Positions 1-10,512 of a DNA stretch of 64,000 nt are shown piece after piece (the stretch's first letter is position 1; the number at the start of each line of letters is the position of its first letter). The DNA comes from Promethearchaeota archaeon (GTDB lineage Archaea > Asgardarchaeota > Lokiarchaeia > Sigyniarchaeales > SOKP01). The stretch is taken from contig JBHLOI010000014.1 of assembly GCA_048940645.1 (NCBI GenBank), positions 1 through 64,000 of the forward strand, read 5' to 3'. The translations under genes and the position numbers were made by a program. The notes beneath the pieces are model-generated. The model was not told the DNA's origin, ran no database searches, and saw nothing but the letters and a program-made list of their open reading frames with translations.

Positions 1-64
1 TTAATATTATATTATTTATTATTACTTGTCCAAGTAAAAATTAAGATTTGAAAAAAGATAATTA

Positions 65-1087
65 GTGCCTTATATGAATATACGTTCGAAAGCCCCTTTC
101 AGAGTGAGTTTTGGAGGAGGAGGTACTGATATGGCACCTTATTGCACAGAACATGGAGGTTGTGTAATTAGCACAACAATCGACCGCCATGTATATATTA
201 CAATTAAACCTCGAACCGATAACAAGATTAAAGTGATTTCCACAGATTATAATGAAGATTACACATTTAAAGTTGGAGACGCTAATTATTCTGAGGGTTA
301 TGAATTATTTAAAGGTACAGTGAATATATTAGAAATCCCTGACGGGTTTGATATTATAGTATCTTCAGATTTGCCTGCTGGTTCGGGTATGGGTGGATCT
401 TCTACTTTGTGTGTTGCACTTATAGGAGCATTTAATGAATTCTATAAATTGAACTTGACAAAACATGAGATTGCTCAAAAAGCTTATGATATTGAAAGAA
501 TTGAGCTAAAGCAGAAAGGAGGATATCAAGATCAGTTTGCTGCTGCATATGGGGGTTTTAATTTTATTGAATTCACAGATAAAGTAAAGATGTTTCCAAT
601 AAATACAACAGCAGAGATGATTAACGAGATACAATATAGAACAATTTTATGTTATGTAGGTGGTTCTCATTTTTCTTCAGACATCCAAGATGAAGTATTA
701 AAAGGTTATAAAATTGAAAAGAAATCTTTTATAGAAACTATGCAGGATCTAAAAGATGTTGCATATGAAATGAGAACAATAGTTGAATCTAAAGATATGA
801 GTAAATTAGATCAGTTTGGGGAACTTATTCATAAAGGATGGTTAGCTAAGAAAAGTCTTAGTTCGAAAATCACAAATGAAAACATAAAAAATTTCTATTT
901 AACCTCAAGAAAATTTGGCGTAATTGGTGGTAAATTACTTGGAGCAGGAGGAGGTGGACATCTTCTTCTCTTTTCAGATCCTGACAAAAAATTTGATGTT
1001 ATTAATGAATTAAAAAAAATTGGAGGAGTTATAGTAAATTTTCATTTTAATCCCAAAGGATTAGAAGTTTGGAAATATAATATTTAG
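65..1087 (+). CDS. hddA: D-glycero-alpha-D-manno-heptose-7-phosphate kinase (GHMP family)
   Basis: APFRVSFGGGGTD, PAGSGMGGSS ATP loop, GGYQDQ, GGKLLGAGGGG; adjacent to gmhA/gmhB. Likely start is ATG at 74. Confidence 0.88.
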   Translation: MPYMNIRSKAPFRVSFGGGGTDMAPYCTEHGGCVISTTIDRHVYITIKPRTDNKIKVISTDYNEDYTFKVGDANYSEGYELFKGTVNILEIPDGFDIIVSSDLPAGSGMGGSSTLCVALIGAFNEFYKLNLTKHEIAQKAYDIERIELKQKGGYQDQFAAAYGGFNFIEFTDKVKMFPINTTAEMINEIQYRTILCYVGGSHFSSDIQDEVLKGYKIEKKSFIETMQDLKDVAYEMRTIVESKDMSKLDQFGELIHKGWLAKKSLSSKITNENIKNFYLTSRKFGVIGGKLLGAGGGGHLLLFSDPDKKFDVINELKKIGGVIVNFHFNPKGLEVWKYNI

Positions 1088-1101
1088 ATGTATAGATAAA
1101 A

Positions 1102-1677
1102 GTGATATTTATGGAAAATGAAATAATTTCTATATTGAATGAGACTATCAAAATTAAGGAAGATATTAAAGAGTTAACCCCTCTAATAGCAAATATTTCT
1201 AAAGAAATTGTAAAGGCATATAGAAATAAGAAAAAAGTGGTATTATTTGGAAATGGGGGAAGTGCTGCAGATGCACAACACATTGCTGCAGAATTTGTAG
1301 GAAAATTTTATAAAGATCGTGAATCCCTTCCTGCTTTAGCATTTCACACAAACACATCTGTAGTTACAGCTACTGCAAATGACTATGGCTATGATTTTGT
1401 ATTTGAGAGACAAGTTTCTTCTTTTGTTGAGGCGGGAGATATTGCTATAGGAATTAGTACTTCTGGAAATTCTCCTAATGTGATAAAAGGATTAGTTAAG
1501 GCTAAAGAGAAGGGAGCAATTACTGTAGGTTTTACGGGACAAAAAGAAAATCAGATAGAAAAGATTGTAGATTATTGCCTAAAGATGCCTTCTACAGATA
1601 CACCGAGAATTCAAGAGGGGCACATCACTGTAGGACATATTATATGTTATTTAGTTGAAAAAGAACTATTTAGTTAA
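1102..1677 (+). CDS. gmhA: Sedoheptulose-7-phosphate isomerase
   Basis: FGNGGSAADAQHIAAE, ANDYGYDFVFERQ, ISTSGNSPN, RIQEGH. Likely start is ATG 1111 after an AGTGA SD. Confidence 0.95.
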   Translation: MIFMENEIISILNETIKIKEDIKELTPLIANISKEIVKAYRNKKKVVLFGNGGSAADAQHIAAEFVGKFYKDRESLPALAFHTNTSVVTATANDYGYDFVFERQVSSFVEAGDIAIGISTSGNSPNVIKGLVKAKEKGAITVGFTGQKENQIEKIVDYCLKMPSTDTPRIQEGHITVGHIICYLVEKELFS

Positions 1678-1695
1678 TAAGTAATTAGAAAAAGT

Positions 1696-2256
1696 ATGAT
1701 AACCAATAATAAAGCAATATTTCTAGACAGAGATGGAGTTATAAATGAAGAAGTCAGTTACCTCTCTAACCTTGACGATTTTCAGTTAATTGAAGGATCT
1801 GCTGAAGCTTTAAGAATTCTTAAGGATTTAGGTTATTTCTTAATTGTCATAACTAATCAAGCGGGAATAGCAAGGGGATTTTTTACAGAAGATACTCTTA
1901 AGGAGATTCATAATAAGATGGCTCAAATTTTAAAACAAAATAATACGGAACTCGATGATATATTTTATTGTCCTCATCATCCTGACTTTACAGGAGTGTG
2001 TAATTGCAGAAAACCCAACCCTGGGATGATATTACAAGCAAAAGATAAATATAATATTAACTTAAGAGATTCTTTTATGGTTGGAGATACGTTAAATGAT
2101 ATTGAGACAGGTTTAGCAGCTGAATGCCAAACAGTATTAGTTTTAACTGGTTATGGGATTGAAGAAAAAAAGAAGATCAATGATATCATACCTGATTTTA
2201 TTTTTCCTAATTTATTGGAATTTGCTAAAAATTTAAAATTAGATTCAAAATTATAG
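1696..2256 (+). CDS. gmhB: D,D-heptose-1,7-bisphosphate phosphatase (HAD)
   Basis: FLDRDGVIN, ITNQAG, CPHH..C.CRKP zinc motif, MVGDTLND. Confidence 0.92.
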   Translation: MITNNKAIFLDRDGVINEEVSYLSNLDDFQLIEGSAEALRILKDLGYFLIVITNQAGIARGFFTEDTLKEIHNKMAQILKQNNTELDDIFYCPHHPDFTGVCNCRKPNPGMILQAKDKYNINLRDSFMVGDTLNDIETGLAAECQTVLVLTGYGIEEKKKINDIIPDFIFPNLLEFAKNLKLDSKL

Positions 2257-2286
2257 ATTATTAAAAAATAATGATGTGAAGATAAT

Positions 2287-2943
2287 ATGAAATTCTTTAT
2301 AGATACCGCTAATTTAGACCAAATTAAAGAAATGCAGGATTTGGGAATAATCGATGGTGTAACCACCAATCCTACATTATTATCAAAGGAGGGTGCTGAG
2401 CCTATAGAACAATTAAAAAAAATTTGTAAAATAGTAGATGGACCCATAAGTGCAGAAGTTGTTGGATTAAAAACAGAAGAAATGGTTAAAGAGGCAAGAG
2501 AATTAGCTAAAATCGCTCCTAATATCGTTATTAAAATTCCAATGACAAGGGATGGCATTAAAGCTGTTAAAATTCTTGAATCAGAAGGAATCAAAACAAA
2601 TGTAACATTAGTTTTTTCCCAGAATCAAGTCTTAATTGCGGCTAAAGCAGGCGCTTCCTATATAAGTCCCTTTATTGGAAGATTAATGGATGATGGACAA
2701 GACGAGATTGATATGTTATGGGAAACCATGGAGATTATTAAAGCTTATAATTTTAAATCCGAAATAATTGTAGCTTCTGTAAGAAATTCCAGGCATGTAA
2801 TTGAAGCTGCAAAGATGGGGGCTCACATCGCAACAATTCCTTTTAATGTGCTTGAAAAAATGTTCAAACATCCTAGAACCGACCAAGGTTTAGATGCCTT
2901 TCTTAAAGATTGGGAAAAGTTACAAGCTCAATTAAAAAAATAA
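2287..2943 (+). CDS. tal: Transaldolase (short TalC/fructose-6-phosphate aldolase family)
   Basis: FFIDTAN, GVTTNP, VIKIP Schiff-base Lys, [15 protein letters not shown]. Confidence 0.88.
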   Translation: MKFFIDTANLDQIKEMQDLGIIDGVTTNPTLLSKEGAEPIEQLKKICKIVDGPISAEVVGLKTEEMVKEARELAKIAPNIVIKIPMTRDGIKAVKILESEGIKTNVTLVFSQNQVLIAAKAGASYISPFIGRLMDDGQDEIDMLWETMEIIKAYNFKSEIIVASVRNSRHVIEAAKMGAHIATIPFNVLEKMFKHPRTDQGLDAFLKDWEKLQAQLKK

Positions 2944-2956
2944 TCAAGATTTAAAA

Positions 2957-3952
2957 ATGGATTTAATTGAATTGATACCTAATTGGAAGAATAAAAAAGT
3001 CTTAGTAATAGGAGAAGCATTAATAGATACATACATTTTTGGACAAGCTGATAGAATTTCTCCCGATGCTCCGATCCCTAATGTAAAAATTGAACGTCAT
3101 GAGACTTATTTGGGAGCTATTGGGTTAGTGTTACAATTTATAAAGTCATTAGGTGGAAATCCTGAGCTATGTACAATTGTAGGCGATGATTATGAAGGTG
3201 ATTTCTTTGTCAAAAAAATCGAAGCTTTGAACTTTGATTCCTCGAATATTATTATTGATAATGATACTAACACGCCACAGATTACTCGAATAAAAGCGAT
3301 GAACCAACATTTATTAAGACTAGAAACAGATTATACAACAGAGATTTCACCCAGCGCCATTAACGATTTTTTTGGCATAATTCAAACGGGTTATGAAGAT
3401 ATTGATTCAATTATAATTTTGGATTATGGTGCTGGTGGCCTTTTTCACGATGATTTTATTTCGAGATTATTGAGTACGTTAAAAGAAGTATATAAAGAGA
3501 CTCCTATATTAGCGCGTCCGAATGTATCAAATTACTACCTCTATGAAGATATTGACTTAATGAAGATTAATTTACAAAAAGCATTAACCAATTTTTCAAT
3601 AGATTGTTGGACTGAAACGAGTATTATTATTGCTGGGAAGCGTATTATCAATTCATCCAAATGTAAGAATTTACTTCTAAACTATTTGGAAACTGATTCT
3701 TTTCTTTTTTATAAAGACCAAGAAAAGGTTGAAAAAATAAAACCGATTTTAAACCAACCTGTTAGAAGCCATGTGGCAGTTGGTAGTTCTATTATAGCAG
3801 TTTTAGGCCTAACTTATGCATCTAATATTCCTGTCTTAGATGGGGCAAAAATTGCTATGGCCGCAGCAGCACTTTCAGCAACTTTTCCACCGGTAGAATT
3901 TTTTAATTCAGAAACTCTCAAGAATTATATTTCAACAAATTTTGTAGACTAA
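2957..3952 (+). CDS. HldE/RfaE kinase-domain homologue (PfkB fold) with degenerate catalytic motif
   Basis: VLVIGE..IDTY.FG..DRISPDAPIP, NQHLLRLE and ILDYG match HldE domain I; the GAGD motif is replaced by AVGS. Confidence 0.75.
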   Translation: MDLIELIPNWKNKKVLVIGEALIDTYIFGQADRISPDAPIPNVKIERHETYLGAIGLVLQFIKSLGGNPELCTIVGDDYEGDFFVKKIEALNFDSSNIIIDNDTNTPQITRIKAMNQHLLRLETDYTTEISPSAINDFFGIIQTGYEDIDSIIILDYGAGGLFHDDFISRLLSTLKEVYKETPILARPNVSNYYLYEDIDLMKINLQKALTNFSIDCWTETSIIIAGKRIINSSKCKNLLLNYLETDSFLFYKDQEKVEKIKPILNQPVRSHVAVGSSIIAVLGLTYASNIPVLDGAKIAMAAAALSATFPPVEFFNSETLKNYISTNFVD

Positions 3953-3964
3953 TTATAAAAAATT

Positions 3965-4822
3965 GTGTATGATTTAGTGAAAATCTCGAAAAAAGATGAA
4001 AAACAGATTTTAGGAGAGATCATTGATCTTAAAAAAGATATCTTAAAAATGCTATATCAAGCACAATCAGGACACCCAGGAGGCTCATTATCCTGTGTAA
4101 ATATAATCTTTCTGCTGTATACTAAAATTATGAAATTTAAAAAGGATAATCCTTTATGGGAAGAGAGAGACATATTTATCTTAAGTAAAGGTCATGCTGC
4201 CCCTGCTTTATATGCCGTATTATCTAAAATTGGACTAATCGACAGACAAGCATTACTTACACTTAGGAAATTTGGATCAGATTTACAAGGTCATCCTGTA
4301 AAAAATCCTAAATTAGGAATAGAGATTTCCACTGGTTCATTAGGGATGGGTTTATCAATAGGCGTCGGATGTGCTTTAGCATCTAAAATAGATAAAAGGC
4401 AGAATTTCATTTATGTGCTGATTGGTGACGGAGAATTAAATGAAGGTGCAATATGGGAAGCAGCTATGGCAGCAAGTCATTATAAATTGGATAATTTAAT
4501 TGCGATTGTAGACCGTAATGGTATTCAGATCGATGGATCAACTGAAGAAATTATGGCATTAGAACCCCTAGCCGAAAAATGGAAGGCTTTTGGCTGGGAA
4601 GTAATAGAAGTTGATGGTTCAAATCTCAATGATATAATTCAAGGATTTGAAAAATCTAAAAAAATTTTAAGAAAACCTAAAGTAATAATTTTTTACCTCA
4701 TCAAGGGCTCAGAGGTCTCATTCATGGAGCACACAAGAAAATTTCATGGAAGGGCACCCAATAAGGAAGAATATGAGAATGCAATTATTGAGCTTGAAAA
4801 TATTAAAAAAAATTTAGTTTGA
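3965..4822 (+). CDS. Transketolase, N-terminal (TPP-binding) subunit
   Basis: SGHPGGSLS, FILSKGHAAP, STGSLGMG, GDGELNEG..WEA. Confidence 0.95.
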   Translation: MYDLVKISKKDEKQILGEIIDLKKDILKMLYQAQSGHPGGSLSCVNIIFLLYTKIMKFKKDNPLWEERDIFILSKGHAAPALYAVLSKIGLIDRQALLTLRKFGSDLQGHPVKNPKLGIEISTGSLGMGLSIGVGCALASKIDKRQNFIYVLIGDGELNEGAIWEAAMAASHYKLDNLIAIVDRNGIQIDGSTEEIMALEPLAEKWKAFGWEVIEVDGSNLNDIIQGFEKSKKILRKPKVIIFYLIKGSEVSFMEHTRKFHGRAPNKEEYENAIIELENIKKNLV

Positions 4823-4832
4823 GGTAATTTAA

Positions 4833-5768
4833 GTGGAAGAAAAATTACTTCGGGACACTTTTGGAGATTATTTAGTGAAAGCGGGTAAATTAAATACAGA
4901 TCTAGTAGTATTAGATGCTGATGTATCCAGTTCAACAAGAACCAACAAATTTGGTAATGAATTTCCTCAGAGATTTTTTAATATGGGAATTGCAGAACAA
5001 AACATGGTTGGTGTAGCTTTAGGATTTGCTATTTCTGGTAAAGTTCCAGTAGTTAGTGGGTTCTCTATATTTACTACAGGAAGAGCTTGGGAGTTTATAC
5101 GGTTAGCTTCTCATGACAATTTAAATATTAAATTTGTAACCACCCATGCGGGTATTGTAGGTGAAGATGGGGGTACTCATCATGCTTTAGAGGACTTGAG
5201 TATAATGTCTGTTTTACCTCATTTGAATGTTTTAGTGCCTGCAGATAACATTGAGCTGATTGAAATTTTGGATTATGCTTTAAAATCCCATGGGCCTTTT
5301 TATATAAGACTGCCAAGAGGATCTTTTCCAAAGATTCATAATCAAGATTACAAATTTAGGCTTGGAAGACCTGATATATTGAGAGAAGGCAATGATATCT
5401 GCTTGATAGCAGCTGGATATGGTAATTTTTTAGCTTTGGAATCGATATCAAAAATTGAAAAAGAGTTAAATATCTCAACGAAAATTATTAATCTTCCCAG
5501 CATAAAACCAATTGACAAAGAAGCTTTAAGAAAAGAAGTAAAAAATATGAAAGCTATAATAGTAATTGAAGAACATAATGTTTATTGTGGATTAGGCGCT
5601 ATTGTAGCAAGGATAATAACAGATGTATATCCAATAAAAATTAAATGCATAGGAATAGAAAACTCATTTGGTTCTTCAGGAAATAGAGAAGACTTATTAG
5701 ATTTTTTCTGCTTAAATTCAGAAAAAATAATTGAAGAAGTAAAATTAATGTTAAAAACAAATTTATAG
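4833..5768 (+). CDS. Transketolase, C-terminal subunit
   Basis: RFFNMGIAEQNM, GEDGGTHH, PFYIRLPR, IEEH; GAGGTAA SD upstream of GTG. Confidence 0.95.
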   Translation: MEEKLLRDTFGDYLVKAGKLNTDLVVLDADVSSSTRTNKFGNEFPQRFFNMGIAEQNMVGVALGFAISGKVPVVSGFSIFTTGRAWEFIRLASHDNLNIKFVTTHAGIVGEDGGTHHALEDLSIMSVLPHLNVLVPADNIELIEILDYALKSHGPFYIRLPRGSFPKIHNQDYKFRLGRPDILREGNDICLIAAGYGNFLALESISKIEKELNISTKIINLPSIKPIDKEALRKEVKNMKAIIVIEEHNVYCGLGAIVARIITDVYPIKIKCIGIENSFGSSGNREDLLDFFCLNSEKIIEEVKLMLKTNL

Positions 5769-5786
5769 ATTATATTTAAAAGAAAC

Positions 5787-6410
5787 ATGAAGAAAATCGC
5801 AGTATCTATACATGCTAAAGATAATTTTAACCCAGATATTTTAAAAAATTTAAAAGAAATAGATTTCATTCACATTGATGTTATGGACGGTAAATTTGTA
5901 GATTCTTTGAATTTAAATTTAGATATTTTTAAAATTGTTAAGGAAAATTTTGAAATACCAATATTAGCTCATCTTATGGTGATCGATCCGTTAAATTACG
6001 TTAATGTGATTATTAATTATGTTTATGCGTTTTTATTTCACTTTGAAATAGAAACAGATATTATCAGTGTCATTGAAGCAGTAAAAAAATATAATAAAAA
6101 AGTAGGGTTAGTATTAAATCCCAGTACTAACATTTCAGACATTTTAGAATATTTATCTTTATTAGACATCATTTTAGTCTTAGGAGTTAATCCAGGTTGG
6201 TCTGGACAGAAGTTTATTCCAAAAACTATTAATAAGATTGAAGAATTAGCAAATTACAAGACTAATTATAATTTTCTAATAGATGTTGATGGAGGAATTA
6301 ATCCTGAAACTGCTAGAAGTCTAATAAACGCAGATATTTTAACAAGCGCAAGCGCAATTCTAAATGCAAAAGAACCAAATGCTATAATTCAAAAATTAAA
6401 AACTATTTAA
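5787..6410 (+). CDS. rpe: Ribulose-phosphate 3-epimerase
   Basis: HIDVMDGKFV, HLMV, VNPGWSGQKF, VDGGIN. Confidence 0.93.
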   Translation: MKKIAVSIHAKDNFNPDILKNLKEIDFIHIDVMDGKFVDSLNLNLDIFKIVKENFEIPILAHLMVIDPLNYVNVIINYVYAFLFHFEIETDIISVIEAVKKYNKKVGLVLNPSTNISDILEYLSLLDIILVLGVNPGWSGQKFIPKTINKIEELANYKTNYNFLIDVDGGINPETARSLINADILTSASAILNAKEPNAIIQKLKTI

Positions 6411-8059
6411 TCCCGAACTAATTTTTTGATTATATTTAAAACTTTTCTAATTGCTTTTGTCAGATAATTTTCTCTAACCAATAAAGCCTCAATATTATTT
6501 AAATCTTGCTTTCTAATAATTTTAAAGATTATATTTAAACATATATATGAAAAACAAAAAATAATTATAGAAAATAAATTAAAATATCTGAAAAAATCAA
6601 GATGGAGGAGATTTAATAAATAATTATTAAAATCGTTTAAAAAGAAAAACTCTAATAATAATGTCAAGCCAAAAGATATAAAAAATGCAAAATATTGAAA
6701 AAGAGTTTTTTTGATATTTGCCTTGATCTTAAAGATTTTATTAATTAATATAAAAAGGACGATAAAATACAAGATATTTATAATTAATAAAGTAAATAAT
6801 GCCCAGATTATACCGTAATACATTATTACGACTATGAAACAAATTAATCTTAATGGTACCCAAATTAAATAAATTGGAATATATATAATGCCTTTATTCA
6901 TTGCCCTAATCAATCCTAAAAAGAATATATTTTGGATATTAAAAATTATGGGCAATATCATAATTTTCAATATTATTGAATAATCAATGTAAATTTCACC
7001 ATAAATCAGAAAAAGAAAAAAATCAATTATAAAATAAAGTAAACCGGTAATAAATAAGACTCCAAACAAAATATAATTAAATATTGTTTGATAAATTTTT
7101 ATTATTTCTTCCGTTTCCTCTTTTGCATATAATCTCGTAAAAGATACAGCTAAAGGGTTAGATAATGAATTAAGCGATTGGGAACCAACATTAGTATAAT
7201 TCGCCCCGATATTATATCCCGTTACAACTTCAGGCGATTCAAATATGCCTATTGATTGAGTTTGAAGCTCCCTTAAAACACTATCACCAAAATTTTTAAC
7301 ACTGAAGGGTGTTCCATATTTATATAAATTAATTAATGTAGCACGAAAGTTTTCAGGTGGTTCTTCAGTTTTTTTAATTTTAAATTTTATTTTAATAGTA
7401 AGGTATGTTACATTTATGAGAAATGGAATTACTGATGATAATAAAATAATCACTGCTAAAAGCTCTAATATAATAAGATGTTGGAAAAAGAATAAAATTA
7501 CAAATCCAATTATTTGTATAACGTAATTTAAAACTAATAAGTAAAAAACTAAGTTAAAAAGATTTAATGCCCGGTAAATGTCATATATATCCAAATTTAA
7601 GCTCTTTATTATAATTAATGGAGATAAAATTAAAAAAAGATTAGTATAAATTCCAAGGTTAATTTGAAAAAGTTCTATAGAAAAAATGAATAAAGCTATT
7701 GCTATTCCAAAAAATAAAGATACAAATAAAATCCTTAACCCAAGAGCATTTCGAATAAATGACTTTAATTTTGTATTCTGCTCTAATGAATGATATGATG
7801 CAATGTAATAGTTTATTGTAATTCCAAAACTTGGTGGGAAAAAAATCAAAATAAGCGAAAAAAGTGAAGTATAAGATAGCGCAAGAATTAAATAACCCCA
7901 TTCCTGTTGTGTAATCATACGTGCCAAAATAAAAGATGTCACAAGGGATAAAAAGAACCCACTATATATATGTAAAATAGAAAATAGGGAATTCTTAACA
8001 AAGGCTCTGCGACTTTTAATTAAAGACCTTCTTGGAGCCTCTCCTTCAATATCATTCAT
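6407..8059 (-). CDS. Wzx/MOP-type oligosaccharide flippase
   Basis: Many TM segments; N-terminal SFILARMITQQEWG pattern typical of Wzx; located in a glycan locus. Confidence 0.8.
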   Translation of the reverse strand: MNDIEGEAPRRSLIKSRRAFVKNSLFSILHIYSGFFLSLVTSFILARMITQQEWGYLILALSYTSLFSLILIFFPPSFGITINYYIASYHSLEQNTKLKSFIRNALGLRILFVSLFFGIAIALFIFSIELFQINLGIYTNLFLILSPLIIIKSLNLDIYDIYRALNLFNLVFYLLVLNYVIQIIGFVILFFFQHLIILELLAVIILLSSVIPFLINVTYLTIKIKFKIKKTEEPPENFRATLINLYKYGTPFSVKNFGDSVLRELQTQSIGIFESPEVVTGYNIGANYTNVGSQSLNSLSNPLAVSFTRLYAKEETEEIIKIYQTIFNYILFGVLFITGLLYFIIDFFLFLIYGEIYIDYSIILKIMILPIIFNIQNIFFLGLIRAMNKGIIYIPIYLIWVPLRLICFIVVIMYYGIIWALFTLLIINILYFIVLFILINKIFKIKANIKKTLFQYFAFFISFGLTLLLEFFFLNDFNNYLLNLLHLDFFRYFNLFSIIIFCFSYICLNIIFKIIRKQDLNNIEALLVRENYLTKAIRKVLNIIKKLVRD

Positions 8060-8103
8060 TTTTTGTAATTCTGTGCGATTAGAAATTAAAATAAATTATA
8101 AAA

Positions 8104-9249
8104 CTAGTGATTCATCTCAAAGAACTGTTTAATTTTTGTTGCTATATAATTTTGATCACTATCTTTAAATCTCAACGAAAATGGTAAAGATAAAATTTTT
8201 TTTGATATTTTTTCTGTATTTGGAAAATCTCCTTCTTTATAACCAAATTTATTTTTATAATATGTTTTTAAATGGATTGGTGGAAAATATATTTTTGTAT
8301 AAATTCCATTATTTAGAAGAAATTCTTGTAAATTAGATCTATCCTCTGGATTTTTTAAGAAAATAGTATATAGTTGATATACCGTTCTAGTTCCTTCTAA
8401 TTCTGGATTTATTTTAATCTGAGGTATTTCTGTTAAGATTCTATCATAAAATTTACCCTTTTCTCTTCTTAATCTAATAATTTTTTCAATTTTTTCTAAC
8501 TGGGAAATCCCTAAAGCAGCTCCTATGGATGCTAATCTAAAATTATATCCTATTTCAATATAATCCATTTCGTTAATATTTGAAAAATAATTTACACCTT
8601 TTTGTTCAACTCTACCATGACTTCTTATTAATAAAAGTTTTTCAAATATATCTTTATCATCAGTTATAACACCTCCTCCTTCTCCAGTTGTAATTATCTT
8701 ATTTTGACAGAAACTTAGAACCCCTGCGTTACCTATAGTACCAGTAAATCTATTTTTAATTTTTGCTCCAAAACTTTCTGCATTATCTTCAATCAAAACT
8801 AACTTGTAATCATCAGCAATTTCTCTTAATGCCTCAATATGTTTGCAGACTTTTCCTCCATAATGCATTGGGATTATTACTTTTGTTTGATCTGTTATTT
8901 TTTCCTTTACATCTTCAGGGTCTAATCCTAATGTTTCATCTTCAATTTCAGCAAAAATAGGTTTAGCACCTGCTAATATTACACAATTTGCGGTGGCTAT
9001 AAACGACATAGACGGTACTATAGCTTCTCCAGATGTTATCCCATATGCTAATAATACTGCATGCAAGGCAGATGTACCTGAATTAAATGTTATACTATAT
9101 TGCGAATTAAAATAATCACTTAATTTATCTTCAAAATCTTTAATTTCAGGTCCTATTGCCCAATAAGAACCTCTCTTTATAACGGATACAACATTCTCTA
9201 TATCCTTTTTATCCCAATAAATATCAAAAAGTGGATAATTCTTATCCAT
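8104..9249 (-). CDS. DegT/DnrJ/EryC1/StrS PLP sugar aminotransferase (LegC-like)
   Basis: FNSGTSALH, LIEDNAESFG, SFCQNKIITTGEGG, GYNFRL. Confidence 0.92.
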   Translation of the reverse strand: MDKNYPLFDIYWDKKDIENVVSVIKRGSYWAIGPEIKDFEDKLSDYFNSQYSITFNSGTSALHAVLLAYGITSGEAIVPSMSFIATANCVILAGAKPIFAEIEDETLGLDPEDVKEKITDQTKVIIPMHYGGKVCKHIEALREIADDYKLVLIEDNAESFGAKIKNRFTGTIGNAGVLSFCQNKIITTGEGGGVITDDKDIFEKLLLIRSHGRVEQKGVNYFSNINEMDYIEIGYNFRLASIGAALGISQLEKIEKIIRLRREKGKFYDRILTEIPQIKINPELEGTRTVYQLYTIFLKNPEDRSNLQEFLLNNGIYTKIYFPPIHLKTYYKNKFGYKEGDFPNTEKISKKILSLPFSLRFKDSDQNYIATKIKQFFEMNH

Positions 9250-9273
9250 TCATATTTCACTTGTTTAATAGCC

Positions 9274-10323
9274 TTAAATTAACTTTAATTCTCTTAAAAT
9301 ATCTTTTATTTCATCCTTGCTTAAAGCAGTAGCATGTTCAGTATTGTAATGAAAATCTTTATCAAGAATCGCTTTAATTCCATTTTTTTCCACTTTATAA
9401 TGTGAGTTATCGTAGTTAAAATGCGCTAATGGATAGATACAATACATTCCGTTAAGTTCATAACATGATGAAAACTCTATAGGAGAGATTAAAACCTCAT
9501 TAAGTTTTTCTCCCATTCGAGGACCAATTATATTTATTTTAATAGATTTTGGGTCTTTACCAATTTTTGGTGCATATTCTTCAATCAAAATTTCTATAAG
9601 GTCCTTTATGAAGAAACTAGGCATCTTGAGCACAAAAATCTCGCCGCCTTTAGCCATAACAGCAGCTTTTAAAACCAATCCAACAGCTTGGGATATCGAA
9701 AGAAAAAATCTCTTCATTTTTTCATCGGTTAATGTAACATAATTTCCTGTTTTAATTTGTTCCTTAATTAAAGGAATAACTGATCCTCTTGATCCTAAAA
9801 CATTTCCAAAACGAACTATTGATATTTGAGTTTTATGAGTGCCTTTTGCTATTTCTCTTGAGATACATAAGCGCTCTCCTAGCATTTTTGTTGCTCCCAT
9901 AACAGTTGTAGGGTTTACTGCCTTATCTGTAGATATGTGAATAACCTTTTTTACATTACAATTAAAAGCAGCTTCAATAATGTTTTCTAAACCATGAATA
10001 TTTACATTTATTGCTTCCATTGGATTGTATTCGCTAATGGGAACATGCTTTACAGCAGCTGCATTGAAAATATAATCTACATTATTAGCAGCTCTTAAAG
10101 TTCTTTCGTAGTCTCTAATATCACCTAATAGAAATCTCAATTTTAATATTGAATCCTTAAACCTTAATCTTGTTTTCCATAACTCATTTTCTGAATTTGA
10201 TAAGATTCTAATAGTTTTTGGATTCATATCTAATAGTTGAGCTACAATTTCAGAACCAATGGTTCCAGTACCCCCAGCTACTAAAATTGTTTTGTCTTTA
10301 AAAAAAGTTGAATAATCCAACAA
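9274..10323 (-). CDS. NDP-GlcNAc 4,6-dehydratase (PseB/FlaA1/CapD-like)
   Basis: AGGTGTIG, NAAAVKHVP..EYNP.EA, ISTDKAV, MGATK, VRFGNVLGSRGSV. Confidence 0.9.
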   Translation of the reverse strand: MLDYSTFFKDKTILVAGGTGTIGSEIVAQLLDMNPKTIRILSNSENELWKTRLRFKDSILKLRFLLGDIRDYERTLRAANNVDYIFNAAAVKHVPISEYNPMEAINVNIHGLENIIEAAFNCNVKKVIHISTDKAVNPTTVMGATKMLGERLCISREIAKGTHKTQISIVRFGNVLGSRGSVIPLIKEQIKTGNYVTLTDEKMKRFFLSISQAVGLVLKAAVMAKGGEIFVLKMPSFFIKDLIEILIEEYAPKIGKDPKSIKINIIGPRMGEKLNEVLISPIEFSSCYELNGMYCIYPLAHFNYDNSHYKVEKNGIKAILDKDFHYNTEHATALSKDEIKDILRELKLI

Positions 10324-10512
10324 GAATTCACTATATCAATATTATTTATGAATATAAATCTTTGATTGTTTTTTTAAATTATATATTTAGAGTAAAATTT
10401 AAGCAATATTTTAACATTAAGAATGTTATTTATTATATTAAATTTATATGAGTTTAATAAAATCTATTTTCGTAAATTCAAAGTTAAGAGAATAGAAGAA
10501 AATTTTTGAATT

